Shown: positions 9,189-18,949 of the stretch, piece after piece
How the letters are laid out: every line of letters starts with the position of its first letter
Position numbering within the stretch: position 1 is the first letter of the stretch
DNA from: an uncultured Fidelibacterota bacterium
Lineage (GTDB): Bacteria; Fidelibacterota; Marinisomatia; Marinisomatales; UBA1611
DNA length: 64,000 nt
NCBI GenBank assembly: GCA_913040915.1
Contig: CAJWHW010000004.1
Location: forward strand, 1-64,000
Direction of reading: 5' to 3'
Made by a program: the position numbers and the translations under genes
The notes under the pieces: generated by a model
Databases searched by the model: none
The model's input: only the letters and a program-made list of their open reading frames with translations
Told to the model about the DNA's origin: nothing

Positions 9189-10076
9189 TTGAAAAAATCT
9201 AATCAAATAATTGAGAGAATTGTTTATTATATTTTGGCTCTTGCGGCATTTGGTTCTGTTATTACTACAGCAGGGATTATTATTGTGTTGGCCACAGAGT
9301 CAGCTGAGTTTTTTAAAGAAGTCCCTCTCGTTGATTTTTTGTTCGGAACTCGTTGGGAGCCACTGCTAGAGCCAAAATCATTCGGTATTTTACCTCTAGT
9401 GGCGGGTACATTAACCATTGTGCTTGGTTCTGGTATTATTGCTTTACCTGTGGGCATTATGACAGCTATTTATTTAAGCGAATATGCATCTCCAAAATCG
9501 CGAAGTATTATCAAACCAATTCTTGAAATATTAGCTGGCATCCCTACAGTGGTTTATGGATACTTTGCACTGACTTTTATTACGCCAATAATTAGAATGT
9601 TTTTAGCAGAAACACAAATTTTTAATTCAGGGAGCGCATCAATTGTTGTGGGAATTATGATATTGCCTATGGTTGCATCCTTATGTGATGATGCTATTCG
9701 ATCTGTACCAACCAGTTTGCGTCAAGGAGGTTTTGCATTAGGTGCTACAACGTTTGAAGTAATTAAAAGTGTTGTTGCACCAGGAGCATTTTCGGGTATT
9801 ATGGCATCGTTTGTACTTGCTTTATCCAGGGCATTTGGTGAAACCATGGCGGTAACATTGGCTGCGGGAGCAACGCCGAATTTGACACTAAATCCTCTAG
9901 AAAGTATCCAAACTATGACGGCCTACATTGTACAAGTTAGCCTCGGTGATACACCAGCAGGCGGGATTGAGTATCAAACAATCTTTGCTGTTGGTGCTTT
10001 ACTTTTTTGTGTCACTTTGGCTATGAATATATTTGCGAATCATGTCATGAATAAATATCGTGAGATATACGAATGA
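9189..10076 (+). CDS. pstC: Phosphate ABC transporter permease
   Basis: ILAGIPTVVYGYFAL, RAFGETMAV; operon position; TTG start. Confidence 0.95.
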   Translation: MKKSNQIIERIVYYILALAAFGSVITTAGIIIVLATESAEFFKEVPLVDFLFGTRWEPLLEPKSFGILPLVAGTLTIVLGSGIIALPVGIMTAIYLSEYASPKSRSIIKPILEILAGIPTVVYGYFALTFITPIIRMFLAETQIFNSGSASIVVGIMILPMVASLCDDAIRSVPTSLRQGGFALGATTFEVIKSVVAPGAFSGIMASFVLALSRAFGETMAVTLAAGATPNLTLNPLESIQTMTAYIVQVSLGDTPAGGIEYQTIFAVGALLFCVTLAMNIFANHVMNKYREIYE

Positions 10077-10936
10077 TAAAGACCAACTTAGAAAAAAGAA
10101 AAAAGAATGAGAGACGGTTTAAATTAATGTGTTTGTCACTAACTTGGATGTCGCTGGTTATTCTAGTTGTTTTATTGCTGCATGTAAGCTTGGAGGGGTT
10201 TAGTCGCTTAAGTCTGGATTTTTTAACCAATTTTCCTTCAAGATTTGCTCATAAGGCAGGATTAAAATCCGCACTTTGGGGAAGTATCTGGCTTATGGGG
10301 TTAGTCTTTTTAATTGCAGTCCCTATTGGTGTTGCATCAGCCATTTATCTTGAAGAGTATAATTCAAGAGGAAAGCTTTCAAGGTTTATTGAAATAAATA
10401 TTTCTAATCTTGCTGGAGTTCCATCTGTGGTCTATGGTATACTGGGTTTGGCAATTTTTGTACGGTTTTTTGGGTTAGATAGAAGTCTATTGGCAGGAAG
10501 TATGACCATGTCATTATTGATATTACCAGTTATTATTATATCATCAAGAGAATCTTTGAGGGCTGTACCACAGAGTATTCGCCATGGTGCCTTTGCGCTG
10601 GGCGCAACGAATTTACAAACAATTTGGCACCATGTATTACCACCGGCATTTCCTGGAATCATGACAGGTGTCATTTTGGCTATGAGTCGCGCTATTGGAG
10701 AAACGGCACCACTGATAATGATAGGCGCATTAACTTATATAGCATTTTTGCCAACATCACCGATGGATCCATTTACGACTCTCCCTATTCAAATTTTCAA
10801 TTGGTCATCTAGGCCACAAAGTGCATTCCAAGAAGTAGCTGCCGCTGGTATTATTGTTCTTTTAACAGTTTTATTATTGATGAATACAACTGCTGTCATC
10901 ATTCGGTATCGCGCTCAAAAGAAATATAAATGGTAA
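10073..10936 (+). CDS. pstA: Phosphate ABC transporter permease
   Basis: NLAGVPSVVYGILGL, SRAIGETAPLI; ATGA overlap with pstC. Confidence 0.95.
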   Translation: MIKTNLEKRKKNERRFKLMCLSLTWMSLVILVVLLLHVSLEGFSRLSLDFLTNFPSRFAHKAGLKSALWGSIWLMGLVFLIAVPIGVASAIYLEEYNSRGKLSRFIEINISNLAGVPSVVYGILGLAIFVRFFGLDRSLLAGSMTMSLLILPVIIISSRESLRAVPQSIRHGAFALGATNLQTIWHHVLPPAFPGIMTGVILAMSRAIGETAPLIMIGALTYIAFLPTSPMDPFTTLPIQIFNWSSRPQSAFQEVAAAGIIVLLTVLLLMNTTAVIIRYRAQKKYKW

Positions 10937-10939
10937 ATT

Positions 10940-11692
10940 ATGAATCAATCTGTATTATCAACACAAAACCTTTCAATTTTTTATGGCGATACATGTGCGG
11001 TAAAAGATTGCACAGTCTCTTTTGAAAAAAATAAAGTAACCGCTATTATTGGGCCATCTGGATGTGGTAAAAGTACTTTACTTCGTACATTCAATAGAAT
11101 GAATGATTTTATTGATTCTTTCAGGGCAGAAGGGCAAGCGACTTTTTTAGGAAATAATATTTACGATGAAGATACAGATCCAGTGGATATTCGTCGCAGG
11201 ATTGGCATGGTGTTCCAAAAGCCAAACCCATTTCCAAAATCTATATATGAAAATATTATTTGGGGCCCTAAGATTAATGGATTCGATGGCAATGATGATT
11301 CCTTAGTTGAATCCAGTCTTAAAGCGGCAGCGTTATGGGATGAAGTTAAAGATCGGCTAAATGATTCTGCTATGGTACTTTCTGGCGGTCAGCAACAACG
11401 TCTTTGTATCGCACGTGCCATCGCAATGAAACCCGAAGTCATTCTTATGGATGAACCAGCGTCTGCACTCGATCCAAAATCAACTACTAGGATTGAAGAC
11501 CTCATTGGAGAATTACGCGAGAATTATACAATAGTTATTGTAACACATAACATGCAACAAGCCGCACGAGTCTCTGATTTTACTGTGTTTTTATATGAGG
11601 GAGAATTAATAGAGTATGGAGATACTAAACAAGTTTTTACAAAGCCTAGCCATCAACAAACTGAAGACTATATAACGGGTCGATTTGGATAA
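10940..11692 (+). CDS. pstB: Phosphate ABC transporter ATPase
   Basis: [37 protein letters not shown]. Confidence 0.97.
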   Translation: MNQSVLSTQNLSIFYGDTCAVKDCTVSFEKNKVTAIIGPSGCGKSTLLRTFNRMNDFIDSFRAEGQATFLGNNIYDEDTDPVDIRRRIGMVFQKPNPFPKSIYENIIWGPKINGFDGNDDSLVESSLKAAALWDEVKDRLNDSAMVLSGGQQQRLCIARAIAMKPEVILMDEPASALDPKSTTRIEDLIGELRENYTIVIVTHNMQQAARVSDFTVFLYEGELIEYGDTKQVFTKPSHQQTEDYITGRFG

Positions 11693-11697
11693 AAAAT

Positions 11698-12357
11698 ATG
11701 TCAGAACAATTACAAAAAGAAATTCAAGATATAAATCAATTAATTCTAGAAGTTGGAACACGCGTTGAAGAAGCTGTAAGAAATTCTATGGATGCGCTTA
11801 AAAACATGGATTTTAAAAAAGCAAAAAAAATACAAAACGATGATGGTATTATTGATAGATTAGAAGTAGACGTAGAAGAATTGTGTTTAAAATGTTTTGC
11901 ATTGCATCAGCCAGTTGCGATGGATTTGCGTTATATTTTTGCTGTATCTAAAATTAATAATGACTTAGAAAGAATAGGTGATTTAGCAACTAATATTGCT
12001 GGTACCGTAGAAAACTTAAAAGACCATCCATCAGTAGTGATTCCTAATCGGGTTTATGCCATGAGCGTAACTGTGGGTGAAATGCTTAAGATTAGTTTGG
12101 ATGCTTTGGTAAATAAAAATGCTGTCATGGCACGAACTGTTTTAAACATGGATGATGATGTAGATAAAATTCATAACAGCATGTATGAATATGTACAGGA
12201 AAAATCTATTGATAATACAAAAGAAATGGGGCAATGGTTTTATGTTTTATCTATATCAAGATATCTTGAAAGAATTGCAGATCATACAACAAATATTTCT
12301 GAAGATGTTATTTACATGGTTGAAGGTGAGATTGCTCGCCATGGATATAAATCTTGA
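11698..12357 (+). CDS. phoU: Phosphate signalling protein PhoU
   Basis: QPVAMDLR, DLERIGD, YLERIADHTTNISE repeats. Confidence 0.95.
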   Translation: MSEQLQKEIQDINQLILEVGTRVEEAVRNSMDALKNMDFKKAKKIQNDDGIIDRLEVDVEELCLKCFALHQPVAMDLRYIFAVSKINNDLERIGDLATNIAGTVENLKDHPSVVIPNRVYAMSVTVGEMLKISLDALVNKNAVMARTVLNMDDDVDKIHNSMYEYVQEKSIDNTKEMGQWFYVLSISRYLERIADHTTNISEDVIYMVEGEIARHGYKS

Positions 12358-12382
12358 ACAAAAAATAAAAAGGAGTGATATA

Positions 12383-13324
12383 ATGAAAAAGAGTTTGATG
12401 TTTATGTGGGTGTATTTGTGTCTTGGTGCTTTTCTATTTGCCGGAACACAGACAAGCGGAAAGGTCTTCTACAATTACACTAGGAACCTAGATGACGGTA
12501 GCAATTCCTTTAACATTAAAAGAGGATACTTAACATTTGTAAATAATGCCACTGAAACGGTCTCATATAAACTAACCTACGATATTGGGTCTAATAATGC
12601 TGGAAGCGCATATACTGCATTTTTAAAAGTGGCTATGGTAAAGTGGGAAACTAGATTGGGAGTTGTTTCTATCGGTATGCAGGGAATGAACATGTACAAG
12701 ACCATGGAAAACACATGGGGACATCGTTTTATAGCAAAGGGTAGCATGGGCGCCTATGGTTATTCATCATCAGCGGATATAGGCATAGGGCTTGCCCGGG
12801 AACTTGGTCCGATCACAACCAGTGCCATGGTTACAAACGGTGGTGGCTACAAACGACCGGAAACCGATGCACACAAAAAACTATCCCTACACATGGTCTA
12901 TGGTCAACCACAACTAAACAAGGAAGATGGTTTTAATTGTGGCGGTAGTTTTTCAATGGAGCCGTATGATGTAGATGATTCGAGAACTGAGAATATAAAT
13001 GTAGTGGGGGTCTTTGGTGGATATGCAGGGCTTGGTTTCAGGGGTGGTGTAGAATTTGACACAAAGAAAAACGGTGAAACCATGGGGCAAATAATTTCCC
13101 TATATGGAACCTACGCCATATCTGATAAAATTTCTTTTTTGGCAAAAGTAGACCAAGTAGATGAAAATACTTCAGTAGATAAAGATGGAATCCAGGCTAT
13201 CATATTGGGGCTTCATTATGGCCTTGGTGAAGGTATGATAGTGGCACCAACATTTAGAATGACAAAACCAGAAAATGGAGACCCAGACAACTCAATTGTT
13301 GTGAACTTTGAATTCAAATTTTAG
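12383..13324 (+). CDS. Outer-membrane beta-barrel, putative phosphate-regulated porin
   Basis: AGGAG RBS at 12371 and ATG at 12383, signal peptide, F.IKRGYL motif typical of OprO/P-like porins, alternating beta pattern, C-terminal VVNFEFKF; last gene of the pst operon. Confidence 0.7.
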   Translation: MKKSLMFMWVYLCLGAFLFAGTQTSGKVFYNYTRNLDDGSNSFNIKRGYLTFVNNATETVSYKLTYDIGSNNAGSAYTAFLKVAMVKWETRLGVVSIGMQGMNMYKTMENTWGHRFIAKGSMGAYGYSSSADIGIGLARELGPITTSAMVTNGGGYKRPETDAHKKLSLHMVYGQPQLNKEDGFNCGGSFSMEPYDVDDSRTENINVVGVFGGYAGLGFRGGVEFDTKKNGETMGQIISLYGTYAISDKISFLAKVDQVDENTSVDKDGIQAIILGLHYGLGEGMIVAPTFRMTKPENGDPDNSIVVNFEFKF

Positions 13325-13358
13325 GTGGGGCCTAAATCAATTGTTGGCCCATGGTGCT

Positions 13359-13529
13359 CTAGTCCATTTTTCTAGGAAGAAACGCATACAAGATAGCGCC
13401 TAATACACAGGCAAGAATGCCTTTATTCCAACCCATTTTAGACGGTAGAAGACCCCCTTCTTGAAACCAAGAAAGAATTGCAAACATTATGCCAAATGAT
13501 GATAGGGAAAGCCATATCAGTTTTTTCAT
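13359..13529 (-). CDS. Unannotated 56-aa two-helix membrane protein
   Basis: MKKLIWLSLSSFGIMFAILSWFQEGGLLPSKMGWNKGILACVLGAILYAFLPRKMD; ATG overlaps the upstream stop (TAATG); below the ORF-track cutoff. Confidence 0.7.
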   Translation of the reverse strand: MKKLIWLSLSSFGIMFAILSWFQEGGLLPSKMGWNKGILACVLGAILYAFLPRKMD

Positions 13530-14200
13530 TACTTTTTATAGCCAACTGCCTCAAATGGATTGACAAGGATCGTAGATATGTTTTTAAGGTGCGCGGCTAT
13601 CCTTTTGAGGTATCTAGCATATAAAGCAAGAGTGACAGATTTTGACTCACTTCCTTGAGACAGCTCACCAGATATGCATCCATTTACTATGTTATCTGAG
13701 CTGGAAACAACATCTTTATAGGTTGCCATGAGCGAACGAGCAACCTCCTCATCTTGAGAGTTAATTGCAGTAATGGTCTTTTCAAAACGTGAGATGACCT
13801 CTCTCTCTATTTCTGCGAGTTCACTAGAAAATTCTTCAGCCAACATTGTATCAGGGTAGTTCAATGCCAGATCTAAAATATTTTTAGTATAGTCCCCAAC
13901 TCTTTCTACGTCCACGACCATGTTCAAAAGTACAAGGCCATTTGGTAGATCTTCAACATTCTGACTGACGGCATAGTGTGTCACCACCTTACGCCGAACA
14001 TCCTTTTGAAATAGATTGATCTCTACATCGCGTTTTTTTAGTGCTTTAATTGCATCAAGGTCTTCATTTTCTCGTAGATATCTTATGGCCTTGTTAAATA
14101 TCTGGTTTGATAAGACCATCATCTCATAAGACTCATCCCAGGCCTGAGATAAAAGGTCATCTGAGTTCCAAAGTTTTACAATATCCCTAAATAACGACAT
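13529..14200 (-). CDS. PhoU-like domain protein paired with the Na/Pi cotransporter
   Basis: Two PhoU-type repeats: DVERVGDYTKNI and RYLKRIAAHLKNI. Confidence 0.82.
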   Translation of the reverse strand: MSLFRDIVKLWNSDDLLSQAWDESYEMMVLSNQIFNKAIRYLRENEDLDAIKALKKRDVEINLFQKDVRRKVVTHYAVSQNVEDLPNGLVLLNMVVDVERVGDYTKNILDLALNYPDTMLAEEFSSELAEIEREVISRFEKTITAINSQDEEVARSLMATYKDVVSSSDNIVNGCISGELSQGSESKSVTLALYARYLKRIAAHLKNISTILVNPFEAVGYKK

Positions 14201-14225
14201 GATAGATCCTATTTTTCTTTCTTAT

Positions 14226-15329
14226 CTACCGACCTAACAAGATAATGGTTAATGGCATTCCCACGAAAACCAGGAGCAGATAAAGCACAGGAATCAACTT
14301 GTTCTTAACGGCTTGATCGGCAATCCACTCTGCGCAATTTAAAGGAATGACCCTTAAAAATGGTAGGCCATATATGATTATTATTCCAAAAATATTAAAG
14401 AGTAAATGACTGATCGCTGCAATAAGCGCCGCTACGGTTCCTGTGATCGCGGCCAATAGGGCCGTTACGGTCGTGCCGATGTTGGCACCAAGGGTGAATG
14501 GGAATATCTGACGTAAGGTCAATACACCTGCACCCGCAAGAGGGACGACCAGAGATGTTGTTATTGAAGAACTCTGAACCATGATTGTCAGTACTATTCC
14601 AAAACCAATAGCCCTTATGGCTGTTTTAAAAATATATTCATCAAAAAACACTTCTACTTTTTTTAATACAAGACTTCGCAAGATTTTTACCAGTGCGTAA
14701 AGCATTGCAAATGTGATCAGGATACTGAGGATGAGGTATATGACATCATTGTCAAATGAGAACTTTTCCACAAACTTTGCACCAGACTTTATTGCAACCT
14801 TAATGGGGCTTTTCGCTTTTAATATCTCAACATTTTGTATTTTTCCAAACATCAGAGAGGATATCCACTCTGCAGATCGCTGTATTCCATGGAATGCCAT
14901 TTCTAATGGAAAAAGAACCATGACAGACATCATGTTAAAAAAGTCGTGAACAGTAGATGCTGCAAATGCTCTTCGAAATTCACTTCCGCGATTGAGGTGT
15001 CCAATAGAAACGATCGTATTTGTTACGGTTGTGCCAATATTTGCACCCATGATCATGGGTACCGCACCGGCAAGCCCCAGTGCACCACTGCTTACCATTC
15101 CAACAATCAACGATGTTGTAGTTGACGAGCTTTGAAATAAAACTGTGGCAAACACACCGATAAAAAGAGCAATTACAGGATCACTTGTTGTTGTGAATAT
15201 CGAATCTGCAACATCTGACCCCATATGCTTGATGGCCGACGACATACCTTTGATTCCCACTAAGAAAAGGTAAAGTGCGCCGAAGATACCCAAGACCTTA
15301 AGTCCAACATTCTTTGATTCGGTGCTCAT
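14226..15329 (-). CDS. nptA: Na+/phosphate cotransporter (PNaS / NptA / SLC34 family)
   Basis: Duplicated QSSS and GANIGTT signature motifs; highly hydrophobic. Confidence 0.92.
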   Translation of the reverse strand: MSTESKNVGLKVLGIFGALYLFLVGIKGMSSAIKHMGSDVADSIFTTTSDPVIALFIGVFATVLFQSSSTTTSLIVGMVSSGALGLAGAVPMIMGANIGTTVTNTIVSIGHLNRGSEFRRAFAASTVHDFFNMMSVMVLFPLEMAFHGIQRSAEWISSLMFGKIQNVEILKAKSPIKVAIKSGAKFVEKFSFDNDVIYLILSILITFAMLYALVKILRSLVLKKVEVFFDEYIFKTAIRAIGFGIVLTIMVQSSSITTSLVVPLAGAGVLTLRQIFPFTLGANIGTTVTALLAAITGTVAALIAAISHLLFNIFGIIIIYGLPFLRVIPLNCAEWIADQAVKNKLIPVLYLLLVFVGMPLTIILLGR

Positions 15330-15369
15330 GCTGCCCCTTTTTTATGTATGATCAGTTTTGACACAAATG

Positions 15370-15401
15370 ATATTATTATCCTATTGTTAGGATTGTGTTA
15401 G
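15370..15401 (-). promoter_or_regulatory. Putative Pho box plus -10 element upstream of the Na/Pi cotransporter
   Basis: Minus strand CTAAC(15401-15397)-N6-CTAAC(15390-15386)-N10-TAATAT(15375-15370). Confidence 0.78.
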
Positions 15402-15501
15402 GGCATGGCGTTTTAAAATGGTTTTTCGAGAAGGGTCCCTATTGATAATTATCGGTCTTTGCTAGAATGCTATTATGACCTAGACTCCCCTAGTAAAATG
15501 T

Positions 15502-17055
15502 TTAGTGCTTAAAGCATCGAGTGCCTGTAAAGATCATTGCGAACCCATGTTCATCACATGCGTCAATGACCTCTTGGTCTCGTATCGAACCCCCAGGCTG
15601 GATTACGGTACCAATACCCGAGTCTTTTATTATATCAATACTATCTCTAAATGGAAAGAATGCATCTGATGCCAAAACCCCACCCTTGACACCTTCCCCA
15701 CCTTTTTTTAATGCCATGTGAACTGCATCAACTCGACTTACCTGACCTGCGCCAAGACCGATAGTCGTACCATTTTTTGCTATTAGGATTCCATTGGACT
15801 TAGCATGCCTTAAGACCTTCCAGGTGAAAAGAGCAGTATTAATATCTTGGTCAGATGGTTTCTTTTTTGTGACGATGGTCAGATTGTTTTTTGTTAAGAT
15901 CTTTGTATCTGTATCTTGAACAAGAATACCTCCATCCACATTGCGTATCTCAATTTTTTTCTCTCGTTTATTAAACTTTCCAAGTTCTAATATTCTAAAA
16001 TTTTTCTTCTTTTTGAATATTGCAAGTGCTTCTTGATCAAAGTCTGGTGCGATGACTATTTCAACAAAAACTTTTGTAATGGCATCTGCCACTTCTTTGG
16101 TACATGTTCGATTAAATGCAATAATTCCTCCAAACGCAGAAAGAGAGTCAGCATTGAAAGCGCGGTTGTAAACATCTAACAGGTCATTACCGGTAGCTAC
16201 ACCGCAGGGATTGGCATGCTTCACTACTACGCATGCTGGCTCATCAAATTCCCTAACACAAGCCAGAGCAGCATCTGCATCCATAATATTATTGTAGGAG
16301 AGTGTTTTACCTTGGTGAATAGTTGCATTCAAAATATTGGGCTCAGTATTTCCAGGGATCTTATAAGACGATGCGGACTGGTGTGGGTTTTCTCCATAGC
16401 GCATTGTGGAATGTTTTTTAAAAGTCAGGGAAAGTTCATCAGATAGATTTTGATCTTTAACATAATTATGAATAATTGTGTCATATTGAGCAGTATGGCC
16501 AAATGCCTTTGCTGATAGTCTACGGCGTGTTTCAAAGGAAACTTCTCCCAATGCCATTTCATCTGCAATGGTATCGTAATCATTCGGGTCAACCACCGCA
16601 CAGACCCAACCCACATTTTTAGCTGCTGAGCGAATCATGGTTGGACCGCCAATATCCACATTTTCCAGCGCGTCTGCTAATTCACAACCTTCTTGAGAAA
16701 TAGTTTTTGAAAATGGATAAAGATTACATATCACAAGATCAATCCATTGAATTTTATTGTTTTCCGCATCGGTATTATGTTTATCGCGGAGACCCAGAAT
16801 ACCGCCCCCCACTAGTGGATTAATTGTCTTTACACGGCCGTCCATGATTTCCGGAAACTGGGTGTAGTCACTTATATCCTTTACAGGGATATCCACTTCT
16901 CTTAATGCTTTAGCTGTGCCGCCGGTGGACAGTATCTCCACATTATTAGCATGGAGAGATTGCGCAAGTTCAATGATGCCGGTTTTATCAAAAACAGAAA
17001 TAAGTGCTCGATTAATATTTATGGGATTTTTGTTTAAAGACGGATTATCTAACAT
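15502..17055 (-). CDS. purH: Bifunctional AICAR transformylase / IMP cyclohydrolase
   Basis: RALISVFDK, STGGT, DIGGPTM, RYGENPHQ, ASDAFFPF, QPGGS, FTGTRCFKH. Confidence 0.97.
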   Translation of the reverse strand: MLDNPSLNKNPININRALISVFDKTGIIELAQSLHANNVEILSTGGTAKALREVDIPVKDISDYTQFPEIMDGRVKTINPLVGGGILGLRDKHNTDAENNKIQWIDLVICNLYPFSKTISQEGCELADALENVDIGGPTMIRSAAKNVGWVCAVVDPNDYDTIADEMALGEVSFETRRRLSAKAFGHTAQYDTIIHNYVKDQNLSDELSLTFKKHSTMRYGENPHQSASSYKIPGNTEPNILNATIHQGKTLSYNNIMDADAALACVREFDEPACVVVKHANPCGVATGNDLLDVYNRAFNADSLSAFGGIIAFNRTCTKEVADAITKVFVEIVIAPDFDQEALAIFKKKKNFRILELGKFNKREKKIEIRNVDGGILVQDTDTKILTKNNLTIVTKKKPSDQDINTALFTWKVLRHAKSNGILIAKNGTTIGLGAGQVSRVDAVHMALKKGGEGVKGGVLASDAFFPFRDSIDIIKDSGIGTVIQPGGSIRDQEVIDACDEHGFAMIFTGTRCFKH

Positions 17056-17629
17056 AAAAATTATTTTGTATTAATTGTATTGCTTCAATGAAGGCTTCAC
17101 CTTCAAGTGACTGAACTTTTGTTTTTAGCGATTCTACTGTTTCATCGATAGATACTTCACATTTTTTCTGTACTAATATAGGTCCTGAGTCTAATTCATC
17201 TGTTACAAAATGGATAGTGCAACCTGTTTCAGTATCACCGTTGGTTAGTACCTCCTGATGCACGTTGGTATCCATACCACCTGCATATTTTGGCAGAAGT
17301 GAAGGATGAACATTCAACAGACGGTCTTTCCAAATATCACAAAATTCTTCAGATAGGATGCGCATAAAACCAATCAGCAAAACAAGGTCCACATTATGGT
17401 CCTGTAAAACTACTGTCATTTTCTGGTCAAAGTCTTTCCTCTCTTTACCCAGGTGAGGGATAAAAATGTTAGGTATATTGTGGTTATTGGCTCGTTCTAA
17501 AATGTAAGCGTTCTTTCGATTTGAGATGACTACAGATACTTCTGCATTTAATGTACCTGCACTAATAGCATCCAGTATAAACTGTAGGTCAGTGCCACTG
17601 GTTGAGCCTATTATGCCAAGCTTTATCAT
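17045..17629 (-). CDS. purN: Phosphoribosylglycinamide formyltransferase
   Basis: GFMRIL, NVHPSLLP, TGCTIHFV..ELDSGPI. Confidence 0.95.
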   Translation of the reverse strand: MIKLGIIGSTSGTDLQFILDAISAGTLNAEVSVVISNRKNAYILERANNHNIPNIFIPHLGKERKDFDQKMTVVLQDHNVDLVLLIGFMRILSEEFCDIWKDRLLNVHPSLLPKYAGGMDTNVHQEVLTNGDTETGCTIHFVTDELDSGPILVQKKCEVSIDETVESLKTKVQSLEGEAFIEAIQLIQNNFYVR

Positions 17630-18939
17630 CGTAATGAATTCATATGGTCAATGCGTTGCTGTACTACACTTGCTGTGCCTATATCTCTGCGATGAAACAA
17701 GGGACCTTTTACTGCGGATATTTCTTTTTCTGCAATTGCTTCTGCTTTAGATATTGTATCGGCCATCCCTACAACTGCCACAGTGCGGCTACCAGCTTCT
17801 ATCAATTGACCATTTTTAATATCTACTGAAGCGTAAAAAAGACCATCCCGGTTTTCAACACTGGACACATCGATCTCCTGGCCTTTTATCGGGCTTTCTG
17901 GATACCCTTTTGGAACGGCATATTTACAAACGGTAGCCTGGTTGGAAAATTGAACATTGATCTGATCCAAGGTGCCTTCTGCAATAGCAATGCAAATATC
18001 AATATAATCTGATTCCAATAGGGAAAGTACATTCATCGCTTCCGGGTCACCCAGGCGAGCATTATATTCGATCAGCTTCACGCCGTTAGCAGTGGCCATA
18101 AAACCACCGTAGAGAATACCCTTATAGCCTTCACTAAACTTAGCCTTTAAAGCTTTGGCGGTTGCAAAATTGATAGCTTTGGCTTCCGCGATTTCATTAT
18201 CATTCAAAAAAGGCAAACCATGATTCGCATCAGAATAAGTACCCATTCCACCAGTGTTGGGCCCTCGGTCTCCTTCGTAGGCCCGTTTATGATCTTGAAC
18301 AATAGGCATATGCTTCAGGTTATCTCCATCACAAAAGCTCATAAGAGAGAATTCCTGTCCCACAAATTTTTCTTCGATCACAAAGCTGCCACCATTATCT
18401 GTCAAATCTTGGCAGTAGACTAAAGCTTCATCATGGGAATGTAAATGATCTCCTGATACTTTTACTCCCTTGCCACCCATAAGACCATCATATTTTACTA
18501 CGTAATTTTCTTTTAGCTCTTTCAGGAATTCTGCTACCCCGTCCATGGAATCAAAGGTCTGGTATTTAGGACCTCCAGGGATTACAAATTCCTTTAATAA
18601 ATTTCTGGTGAACGCTTTAGATGTTTCCAGCTGCGCAAGTTTTTGTTTGGGCCCTACAGTTTTTACGCCGACATTCCAAAGGGCATCGGCAACACCGTTT
18701 TCCAGTGGATTTTCCGGGCCTATGATAGCCAGAGTTGCGGCGGTCTCCTGAGCATAGTTTACGACAAAGTCTGGATCACTCATCTTACCCACTGTTAATT
18801 CATCGCAGATTTCTGCAATCCCTGGGTTCATATTGGACGCGAGGCAGTAAAGCTCTTTTTCTTGTGGAGATCTGTCTAATGCACGGACAATGGCATGCTC
18901 CCGGGCACCGGAACCTATGATTAAAATTTTATTCACCAT
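17626..18939 (-). CDS. purD: Phosphoribosylamine-glycine ligase
   Basis: IGSGAREHA, GPE.PL, LETSKAF, QDHKR..GD.GPNTGGMG, EYNARLGDPE. Confidence 0.96.
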   Translation of the reverse strand: MVNKILIIGSGAREHAIVRALDRSPQEKELYCLASNMNPGIAEICDELTVGKMSDPDFVVNYAQETAATLAIIGPENPLENGVADALWNVGVKTVGPKQKLAQLETSKAFTRNLLKEFVIPGGPKYQTFDSMDGVAEFLKELKENYVVKYDGLMGGKGVKVSGDHLHSHDEALVYCQDLTDNGGSFVIEEKFVGQEFSLMSFCDGDNLKHMPIVQDHKRAYEGDRGPNTGGMGTYSDANHGLPFLNDNEIAEAKAINFATAKALKAKFSEGYKGILYGGFMATANGVKLIEYNARLGDPEAMNVLSLLESDYIDICIAIAEGTLDQINVQFSNQATVCKYAVPKGYPESPIKGQEIDVSSVENRDGLFYASVDIKNGQLIEAGSRTVAVVGMADTISKAEAIAEKEISAVKGPLFHRRDIGTASVVQQRIDHMNSLR

Positions 18940-18949
18940 TCGATTCGTT

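Noticed and set aside
12185..12382. N-terminal extension of the porin ORF
   Set aside because: Overlaps phoU by about 170 nt; the RBS and signal peptide point to ATG 12383.
13325..13353. GGGCC...GGCCC hairpin as the pst operon terminator
   Set aside because: Short stem, large loop and no U-tract; too weak to call.
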